This document shows positions 24,962-32,000 of a stretch of DNA of 32,000 nucleotides, one piece after another. Within the stretch, counting starts at the first letter, position 1, and each line of letters starts with the position of its first letter. The notes below the pieces were generated by a model. It was not told the origin of the DNA. It did no database searches and saw nothing but the letters and a program-made list of their open reading frames with translations. The position numbers and the translations under genes were made by a program. Source of the DNA: Caldimicrobium thiodismutans (lineage in GTDB: Bacteria; Desulfobacterota; Thermodesulfobacteria; Thermodesulfobacteriales; Thermodesulfobacteriaceae); the NCBI RefSeq assembly GCF_001548275.1, contig NZ_AP014945.1, positions 510,001 to 542,000 of the forward strand. The letters are read 5' to 3'.

Positions 24962-25170
24962 AATTCAACTTTATAACCAAACATTTCAATATTATTTTTT
25001 ATCTCTTCTAAGGAAAGAGACTCATCCTTTTCAAAGGTAACTTTTCCAGTAGTTAGATCTACTTTTACATTTCTGGCCTTTCCAGTGCTTAAGATTGCCT
25101 TTTCTACTCTTTTAACACAGTGTTCACAGGTCATGCCCAAAACTTTTATCTCAATCTTTTCCATCCTCAA
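24958..25170 (-). CDS. Heavy-metal-associated (CopZ-like) domain protein
   Basis: 70 aa with the GMTCEHC metal-binding motif and a length consistent with a ferredoxin-like fold. Confidence 0.8.
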   Translation of the reverse strand: MRMEKIEIKVLGMTCEHCVKRVEKAILSTGKARNVKVDLTTGKVTFEKDESLSLEEIKNNIEMFGYKVEF

Positions 25171-26048
25171 TACCCCCCCTTTTTTATAAATAGGGCTCCT
25201 ATGCGAACTTTGGTTTTATTTTCAACTATCCCATCCTTAGCCTTAGCACTCAAAAATTTTAAGATTTCCCTTTCCTTTCTTATTCCTATTTTGTAGCCTT
25301 TTGCTGTAAGCTTAAATTTAAATCTCTTCCAAATCTTTTCAACAGGTGTTCTTCTTTCAAAAAAGCCTTCGTAAAATTTAACATTGCCAGGGTTTCCAAG
25401 GGTGTAAAAATAGTTGAACAACAAAAAAAGACCTGGATGAGTTTCCTCTCTAAGTTTTTTAAAAAATCTCTTTTCTATCTCATCTAAAAGGTGATTTTTT
25501 CTAAGGCCGGCCCAACTAACTATAATAAAAAATTTTTGGGCACAATTATATAATCTTTTCACCTCATTTATATCTCTTAAAATAGGAGTCATGGAAACAA
25601 AGACTGTATCAAAAGTTCTATCAGGTTCATATTTTTTCCAATCCGCCTGAATGACTATTATATTTTTTAAGCCTTTTTCTTCAATCTTTTTTTTCAAAAT
25701 GTTGAGCATAGCCTGGGATATATCCAAAGCAAATACTTGTGAAACTTTATCGGCAACTTTTACTGTATAATTTCCCGTTCCACAGGCAACATCAAAAAAG
25801 GTAAAATCTGGCTTCAGGGCTCCGATATCTTCCATTTCCAGAAGAATATCCCTTTGCATCTCCTTATAAAACGAGGTTTCTTCAAGGTCATCATAGTCTT
25901 CAGCTACAAGATTCCAGAAATCCTCTTTTTGATAGATAAAATCCCTTCTTTTAGCTGGGCTTAGTTTCTCCCAGAAAGAGGGCTTTAATATTTTATTTAA
26001 AATAAGATTTTTCCTTGGGGATAAGTTCATTCTTATAAATGCTATCAA
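25167..26048 (-). CDS. Class I SAM-dependent methyltransferase
   Basis: 293 aa with motif I FFDVACGTGNYT. The start is uncertain. The track start overlaps nusB by 56 nt, and the ATG at 26030 is an alternative. Confidence 0.7.
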   Translation of the reverse strand: MIAFIRMNLSPRKNLILNKILKPSFWEKLSPAKRRDFIYQKEDFWNLVAEDYDDLEETSFYKEMQRDILLEMEDIGALKPDFTFFDVACGTGNYTVKVADKVSQVFALDISQAMLNILKKKIEEKGLKNIIVIQADWKKYEPDRTFDTVFVSMTPILRDINEVKRLYNCAQKFFIIVSWAGLRKNHLLDEIEKRFFKKLREETHPGLFLLFNYFYTLGNPGNVKFYEGFFERRTPVEKIWKRFKFKLTAKGYKIGIRKEREILKFLSAKAKDGIVENKTKVRIGALFIKKGGY

Positions 26049-26424
26049 GGATTCCGTTTACAAAAGCAGGGGAATCATCTGTTCCATAAATTTTAGCAAG
26101 TTCAACTGCCTCATTTATACTTACTATAGGAGGTATCTCAGGTCTATAAAAAAATTCGTAAATAGCCAGTCTCAGTATATTTTTATCTGTAAGGTTCATC
26201 CTTTCAATAGGCCAATCGGGAGAATATTTCTGGATATAGGAATCTATAAGGTTTTTGTGGGTAAGGACCCCTTTAACAAGTTCCTCTCCAAAGGCAAAGG
26301 CCTTTTCTTCCTCAATATTTAGATACTTTTTATAGGTCTCAAGAGCAAGGGTAGGATTAATTTTGGTTACCTCTATCTGATAGAGCACCTGGAGGGCAAT
26401 TTCTCTCCCCTTTCTCCTGAGCAT
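25993..26424 (-). CDS. nusB: Transcription antitermination factor NusB
   Basis: 143 aa. MLRRKGREIALQVLYQ... and ...INEAVELAKIYG signatures. Confidence 0.9.
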   Translation of the reverse strand: MLRRKGREIALQVLYQIEVTKINPTLALETYKKYLNIEEEKAFAFGEELVKGVLTHKNLIDSYIQKYSPDWPIERMNLTDKNILRLAIYEFFYRPEIPPIVSINEAVELAKIYGTDDSPAFVNGILDSIYKNELIPKEKSYFK

Positions 26425-26427
26425 AAA

Positions 26428-27666
26428 TTAAAGCATTTTCTCCGCAATATGGACTGTCAGATCCCCCATCATATGGGTATAGGAGGCAAGTTCATTATCA
26501 TACCAACCATAAATCACAACCTGAGTTATGGGAATTTCAATTTGAGATGAACTGAGTCCTTTTATCTCCTCAGGGGTGACAACACCGCAGGCCTTCTGAA
26601 GATCAACCCGAGCCAGAGCTGTCCTTGTATGCGTTTCTCTGCCTTCAATGATAGCAGCTGCCCTTGGATATCCAATGATATCCGTAGAGACATTTTGTTC
26701 CATACTAAAGATTAAAAAGTCTTTATATTTGGTCTCGGCAGCCTCTTTATAAATCTGGTTAACAAGCTCACGATTGATATGATTTTCTATACTCTCATCT
26801 TGAATATTAACCGTTAGAATTATCAAACTCCCTGTGGTTAAAGGAACACGGACACTTTCAGCCATAAATCCAATTTTTTTCATCTCCGGTATAACAAGCC
26901 CCAGGGCCTCAGCTGCACCAGTGGTTGTGAGAATAATGTTATTGAAAACACTTCTTGCTCGTCTTAAGTCCTTTTCTCCCTCTTTAGGCACTCTGTCTAA
27001 GATAGACTGGGAGGCAGTAGTTGCATGGACTGTCACCATTGCGGCAGAGAGGATACGTTCTGCTCCAAAGTAATCTAACAAAGGTTTTACCATATACGCT
27101 AAACAGGTAGTTGTGCAAGAGGCAGAAGATATTATATGGTGTCTTTCAGGCTGATACATCTCTTCATTTATTCCATAAACAAGGGTAATGGCATCTTCAG
27201 GTAAGGTTTTATCTTTGTTTTTAATCTTAAAAGGGGCTGAGATTAAAACCTTTTCTGCTCCTGCTAAAAGATGGCCCCTGGCTGACCCTTTGGGATCATC
27301 TGCTTCCTTGGTTGGGTCTCTAAATTTTCCTGTGCAGTCTACAACTAATTTAACTCCTTCCTTTTGCCATTCAATATCCTTGGGATTTCGGTTTTGCATT
27401 AAAAACTTGACCTTAACACCATTTATAACCATGGTCTTTTCCTGATCATTAATATTTTCAATGACCCTTTTGGAATTATGACCATAGAGCCAGACAGGTA
27501 GCCATCCATAGGTGCTATCCTTCTCAATGTATTCTGCTAAATCTGTAAAGGATGTTCCAACCTCTCTCCCCAAATTTACTACGATCTCTGAAAAATATTT
27601 TCTTGAGACATGATGCCAAAGAGTAAGCTTCCCAATTCTTCCCAGACCATTAATTCCAAGTTTCAT
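26428..27666 (-). CDS. Long (412 aa) glyceraldehyde-3-phosphate dehydrogenase-family paralog
   Basis: INGLGRIGK Rossmann motif, catalytic SSASCTTTCLAYM, VHATTASQ, TTGAAEAL and WYDNE. It has several insertions relative to the ~335-aa GAPDHs. The SD AAGGAGGGG sits inside the end of the upstream gene. Confidence 0.85.
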   Translation of the reverse strand: MKLGINGLGRIGKLTLWHHVSRKYFSEIVVNLGREVGTSFTDLAEYIEKDSTYGWLPVWLYGHNSKRVIENINDQEKTMVINGVKVKFLMQNRNPKDIEWQKEGVKLVVDCTGKFRDPTKEADDPKGSARGHLLAGAEKVLISAPFKIKNKDKTLPEDAITLVYGINEEMYQPERHHIISSASCTTTCLAYMVKPLLDYFGAERILSAAMVTVHATTASQSILDRVPKEGEKDLRRARSVFNNIILTTTGAAEALGLVIPEMKKIGFMAESVRVPLTTGSLIILTVNIQDESIENHINRELVNQIYKEAAETKYKDFLIFSMEQNVSTDIIGYPRAAAIIEGRETHTRTALARVDLQKACGVVTPEEIKGLSSSQIEIPITQVVIYGWYDNELASYTHMMGDLTVHIAEKML

Positions 27667-30600
27667 AAGCCCCTCCTTGTTTAATTAATTTACCTTTATA
27701 AATATCTCCAGTAATTCCATTCAAAGTTATCCAGTCACCAAGCTTAATCTCTTTTCCATTAAGTTTAGCTGATTTTTCAAATTCATCAATCCGTAGTTCC
27801 TCACATCCTACCACACAAACCTTACCCAGCCTTCCTGCCACAATAGCAGCATGCGAGGTCTGGCCTCCTCTTGCAGTAAGTAAACCCTCAACTAAAGAGA
27901 TTTCCTTAATATTATCAGGAACTGTATCATATCTAATTAGAATAAGAGGGTCCTTAGTATCCTTTAAGTTTAAAATATCCTCTAAGGTAAAAACAACCCT
28001 TCCAGATACAAGACTTCCTGAAACCCCAATACCTCTCCCAAGATAATCAAGATTTTCAAGGGCCTTCCTTTGAAAATAAGGCAAGGTCTTTTCTTCCCGA
28101 AGGATTATATCTCTAACCTGTAAAATATACAAATCCTTAGGAGACTCACTTTCAAAGGTAAATTCAATTTCCTGATGATCCCAGCCCTTTTCATAGACAA
28201 TATAATAGGCAAGGTCTAAGAGACTTTTATAAATATCAGGAAAGGCTTCTTCCAGGGAAAGCCCCTCTCTCTTTTCTAACTTCTTTTGCTCAATAGATAT
28301 GGGATAGGCATTTACAAGTCCCGAAACAATATCCTCTCCCTGATTATAGGGTGTATAATCTCCCCAGAGAAGGATACGAGGGAATTTCCCATGCGGAGAG
28401 GTTGTAAAGGTCACTCCTGTGCCTGAACGAGGCCCTTTATTACCAAAAACCATTTGTTGCACTATAATAGCTGTTCCCCATTCCTCTGCAATCTCCATTA
28501 TTTCACGATAATAGACTGCTTTTTGATGATACCAAGAGTTTAGAATAAGCTCTATACTTTTAAATAATTGTTCCCAGGGATCATCAATTACAGGAATTCC
28601 AAGTTTTTCAACCTCTGCCCTGTATAAAAGGGCAAGTTCTCTCATCTCACCCCCACTAAATTCCCTTTTCATTTTCACCTTATATTTTCGCTTATGCTCC
28701 CTCATTAATCGATTGAAGAAATCCCTTGGAACACCCTGGGCCATAGCCCAGGATTGAATAAATCTTCTATAAGTATCCCAGGCAAACCATAGATTTTGAG
28801 TCTCCTTAGCTAAACCTTCTGCAATTTCAGGATTAATACCTACATTTAATATAGATGTCATCATACCAGGCATGGAAATAGTTGCGCCACTTCTTACACT
28901 TAAAAGAAGTGAATTATTGGGAGCATTAAATTTTTTGTGAGTTTTTTCTTCTATGAATTTAATGGCCTCTTTTATTAGGGACTCATATTCCTTCCAGAGA
29001 TCATAATATTTTTTAAAGAGTTTATAACATCTAAAATTTTCTGTAGTTAATATAAATCCATAAGGTATTTTAGTATAAAAAAGTTCATCCTTAGATAATT
29101 GAATTAAATTAAAGGCCTTGCTTCCTAAATAAATCTGATCATTAGCTAAGGGATTGGGTTTATAAATATAGCTTATACTTTTTCTTGTATCAAAAGATAA
29201 AAGGATATTTAACTCATTTCCCTCTATTTTTTCCTTATTCTTTATTAGTGCTTCATAGATCTTTTTTAAGAATTTATCTAAATATTTAACGATAAAACCG
29301 CTATTTAGGATGTCTCTAATAATAACTTCACTTAAACAATAATAGGCTTCTTCTTTATTTTTATTTTTAAGATATTTTTTATATTTGTCTTGTAAGGCTG
29401 ATTCATCTAAAATATCAAAGATTAAAGGAAACACATTTAAATAAGGATTCACATAATAAGATTTTATTATATGTTGGACTCCGTCAATTAAACCTTTAAA
29501 TATATCAAGATACTGATCAAAAGATATTGGATAACTTTTTAAAGAGTTTTCTAAGAGATCAAGATATAAATTAAACTTTTGTGAGGATATTCCGTCTACC
29601 TCTAAAGCTTTTTTAAATAGATTGAGGATCTTTAAAATTTTAAAGACCTGTGCCTTGGTTAAAAACTTAATTTGGAATTCTTCAATTAACTGAGAAAATT
29701 TATTCTCAATCAAAAACTCCAGTCTATAGGTCAAACCAAGGGCATCAAATTTTTTCTCTCTATATCTTCCATACATTGAGGGTATATCTACCGCAATATG
29801 TCTTTTTAAAAAGATTTCTTCAATAGGAGTAAACTTTTTAGGAGATAAAATATACTCTTCTTTCAAAAGATTTACCCATTGAAGAAGTTGATTTATCTGT
29901 TTTATTAAATTACGATCCTGTAAAATTTTTGGTAATTCAGAAACAAAGTCAAAACCAGATGCCTTATATTGCTCTATAAAACTTAACATATCAGTTAAAT
30001 ATCCAAAATATTTCTGTTTTTCAAGTTTATATAAATGAATCAAGGATAAAAGTTTAAATTTATTTTCTGAAGTTTCATCTATATTTTCTAAGGCTTTTTG
30101 GATGTCTGATAAGTTAATTTCTAAAAAGTCTTCTATCTGATATAGAGAAAAGGTTTTAAATAATTCAACTAAAAGCTTTTGCATAGGTATATGAAAGGAT
30201 AATTCGTCTTTAATAATTCTTCGCCATATTGCTTCAGGTAAATATCTTTTAATATAATTACCATCAAGAGTAAACCAATAATAAAAGATATCTTTAATAA
30301 AATCAATGGCTAAACTTGAATTTTCAATATGAATAAATTTTCTCAAAAAATGTAAAAGGGTATCTTTTCTTTGTGAAATCTCATCTATTTCAGTTGATAA
30401 GTCCCTGATGAGTCCTTCAGCACCTATCTCATTAAAATAAACAGGAAATATTTTACAAAATTGTTTTACAAGATTATAAACAGGTTTAATAGGTGAGTTT
30501 AGCAGAGAAGATATTTCCTTCTGAAAGAGATCGGTATCTCTTAAGGATAACCCGTAAAGTTTAAGATTTAGAAAAAGCGCTGCAAGAAGACTTGAACACC

Positions 30601-31762
30601 ATTCAGGATGAGCCTTAAAGATATCCAGCCAGGCCTTAAGGCTTAAAAGATGATTAGGATTATCTTTTATCCTCCAGTGCTCATCTATACCCTCTACCTG
30701 AGGGGGGAAAAAACCATATTTTATAATTTCCCCTATTAAAATCTCCGCCAAATAAACAGCTCTTTTATTAAGTATGGATATCCCAATATTTTTAATGCAT
30801 TCAAAGGCAGTCCATGGATAGAGATCAGATTTTTCTTTTAATATGGAAAAAAACTTGGTTAAAAATTCTTCAAGTTTTTCTGAAGGTTTTTCCTCAATCA
30901 TTTTCAAAAGAATCTGGTTTACTTCTTTAATTAGCTCTTCATGTAAAAGAAGGAGAGTGGGATTTTCTATAAAATTAAAAAGAATTGATAAACGCTCTTC
31001 TTCAGGGATACCCTCTTTTTTATTAGAGCATACCTCTTGCACATAAGTTTTTACTTTCCTCAAAAGATCTAAATGATCAGGATATTCAAGTAGTTCAGAT
31101 AAAGGCAATGGTCCTTTTTGAAAAGCGTCTTCTTTTAAATGGCGCAATTCATCAGGCAATAATTTTTGTCTTTCCCAGAGCTGGTAGGTTAATTTAAGAT
31201 ATCTGTAAAGCAATTTCTGTAAAATTTGAATGAAATCTGATTCAAGAGGAAATTTAGCAATCTTGTGAGCAAGTCTCTTAAAGGAATAATAATTTTCAAG
31301 AAAGGCATAAAATATAGGATCGGGAAGCTCGCTTCCAGCTTTGATGATCTCCATAAGAATAGGAGAAATTTTTATAAAAATATCTTTGTCCATGATATTA
31401 ACAGTTTTATCGAGAAGGGCATAATAGATCTCAGCGGTTTTGATATTTACTTCTCTTTTATCACTAAAAAATTTAAATAACAACTCAAAAATAAGATAAA
31501 GACCCTTATTACTTAAAGGGCTCCTTAAAATAAGTGCAAGATTTCTCAAAAAGAAGGCCCTAAATTCTTCTAAAACAAGAAGGGTGTTTCTAAAGGGATG
31601 AAAGATTTCTCTGAGTATAAAGGAAACCTGTTTTTTTAAGGCAGGAAAATCTTTAAAGATCTCAAGTAAAAGCTCATATTTTTCATCATAATGAATTTCA
31701 GTTACACGCGTTTGCTGAAGATTAGCAAGTAAGGCCTTAGAGGTAAAAGTTGATTGCCCCAT
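27650..31762 (-). CDS. 1370-aa PPDK/PEP-synthase-like protein: unknown N-terminal region of ~875 aa, then an ATP-grasp nucleotide-binding domain, then a phospho-His swivel domain. The PEP/pyruvate TIM barrel is absent.
   Basis: The C-terminal ~494 aa carry LLLSVRSGATISMPGMMTSILNVGIN, DTYRRFIQSW, IIVQQMVFGN..SGTGVTFT, QGEDIVSG and LLTARGGQTSHAAIVAG (His codon at comp 27851-27853). The protein ends about 65 aa after the His motif. Confidence 0.85.
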   Translation of the reverse strand: MGQSTFTSKALLANLQQTRVTEIHYDEKYELLLEIFKDFPALKKQVSFILREIFHPFRNTLLVLEEFRAFFLRNLALILRSPLSNKGLYLIFELLFKFFSDKREVNIKTAEIYYALLDKTVNIMDKDIFIKISPILMEIIKAGSELPDPIFYAFLENYYSFKRLAHKIAKFPLESDFIQILQKLLYRYLKLTYQLWERQKLLPDELRHLKEDAFQKGPLPLSELLEYPDHLDLLRKVKTYVQEVCSNKKEGIPEEERLSILFNFIENPTLLLLHEELIKEVNQILLKMIEEKPSEKLEEFLTKFFSILKEKSDLYPWTAFECIKNIGISILNKRAVYLAEILIGEIIKYGFFPPQVEGIDEHWRIKDNPNHLLSLKAWLDIFKAHPEWCSSLLAALFLNLKLYGLSLRDTDLFQKEISSLLNSPIKPVYNLVKQFCKIFPVYFNEIGAEGLIRDLSTEIDEISQRKDTLLHFLRKFIHIENSSLAIDFIKDIFYYWFTLDGNYIKRYLPEAIWRRIIKDELSFHIPMQKLLVELFKTFSLYQIEDFLEINLSDIQKALENIDETSENKFKLLSLIHLYKLEKQKYFGYLTDMLSFIEQYKASGFDFVSELPKILQDRNLIKQINQLLQWVNLLKEEYILSPKKFTPIEEIFLKRHIAVDIPSMYGRYREKKFDALGLTYRLEFLIENKFSQLIEEFQIKFLTKAQVFKILKILNLFKKALEVDGISSQKFNLYLDLLENSLKSYPISFDQYLDIFKGLIDGVQHIIKSYYVNPYLNVFPLIFDILDESALQDKYKKYLKNKNKEEAYYCLSEVIIRDILNSGFIVKYLDKFLKKIYEALIKNKEKIEGNELNILLSFDTRKSISYIYKPNPLANDQIYLGSKAFNLIQLSKDELFYTKIPYGFILTTENFRCYKLFKKYYDLWKEYESLIKEAIKFIEEKTHKKFNAPNNSLLLSVRSGATISMPGMMTSILNVGINPEIAEGLAKETQNLWFAWDTYRRFIQSWAMAQGVPRDFFNRLMREHKRKYKVKMKREFSGGEMRELALLYRAEVEKLGIPVIDDPWEQLFKSIELILNSWYHQKAVYYREIMEIAEEWGTAIIVQQMVFGNKGPRSGTGVTFTTSPHGKFPRILLWGDYTPYNQGEDIVSGLVNAYPISIEQKKLEKREGLSLEEAFPDIYKSLLDLAYYIVYEKGWDHQEIEFTFESESPKDLYILQVRDIILREEKTLPYFQRKALENLDYLGRGIGVSGSLVSGRVVFTLEDILNLKDTKDPLILIRYDTVPDNIKEISLVEGLLTARGGQTSHAAIVAGRLGKVCVVGCEELRIDEFEKSAKLNGKEIKLGDWITLNGITGDIYKGKLIKQGGAYETWN

Positions 31763-31768
31763 TTCTCC

Positions 31769-32000
31769 TTAGAGATATTCTTTATCAATCATTAAACTAA
31801 TAAGGTCAAGAAGTCTCACGGAGTAGCCCCATTCGTTATCATACCAGGCAATAATTTTGAGAAGATTTCTTCCAATAACCTTGGTTGTTAAGCCATCAAT
31901 AATAGCACTATGGGGATCCCCAACTAAATCCATAGAAACTAAGGGTTCCTCCATATAACGAATAAACCTGCTCTGGTTTTCTTTAAATATTTTATTAAGT
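31769..32000 (-). CDS. gap: Canonical glyceraldehyde-3-phosphate dehydrogenase, C-terminal 77 codons (5' end outside the window)
   Basis: The frame is open to the window edge. ...EEPLVSMDLVGDPHSAIIDGLTTKV...KIIAWYDNEWGYSVRLLDL is the GAPDH C-terminal signature. Confidence 0.85.
   Translation of the reverse strand, partial: LNKIFKENQSRFIRYMEEPLVSMDLVGDPHSAIIDGLTTKVIGRNLLKIIAWYDNEWGYSVRLLDLISLMIDKEYL

Noticed and set aside
27650-31762. Calling the 1370-aa protein pyruvate phosphate dikinase or PEP synthase
   Set aside because: Only the nucleotide-binding and phospho-His domains are present. The ORF terminates before any PEP/pyruvate-binding barrel, so the enzymatic label is not supported.

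Overview
AT-rich chromosomal window from a bacterium whose proteins are rich in K, E, I and L, which suggests a thermophile. The lineage is my inference only, possibly Thermodesulfobacteriota or Aquificota. Coding density is high and I found no rRNA, tRNA or CRISPR array. Plus-strand content: a complete N-type (atpD-first) F-ATPase operon at 1753-7807, a TetR regulator, ftsE-ftsX-envC-like, a CbpA-like J-protein, and hflX. Minus-strand content: truD (partial) and yebC; an MBL-hydrolase/ruvC/ruvA/Rieske/cytochrome b string; a monocistronic octaheme c-type cytochrome; an IS110-family element; and one long tightly packed string. That string runs gap (partial), a 1370-aa PPDK-like protein, a long GAPDH paralog, nusB, a methyltransferase, an HMA protein, cmk, HNH, then glmS, a Cys-rich ORF and rsfS. 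Five things are most worth a second look. (1) The 1370-aa 'half-dikinase' has an ATP-grasp domain and a phospho-His swivel domain, lacks the PEP/pyruvate barrel, carries about 875 aa of unknown N-terminal sequence, and is translationally coupled between two GAPDH genes. (2) A conserved 27-bp box occurs five times, always co-oriented with the downstream gene, 4-8 nt upstream of a -35-like hexamer and at two fixed distances from start codons. It sits inside a mosaic intergenic repeat family. (3) The IS110 element interrupts one copy of that repeat and carries a GC-rich structured 5' region that is a bridge-RNA candidate. (4) A diverged orphan copy of that structured region, with compensatory stem changes, lies upstream of glmS. 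(5) The N-ATPase operon has a b/delta-fusion stalk subunit and only one of the two usual small accessory genes. All functional calls rest on motif recognition by eye. No database search was run.
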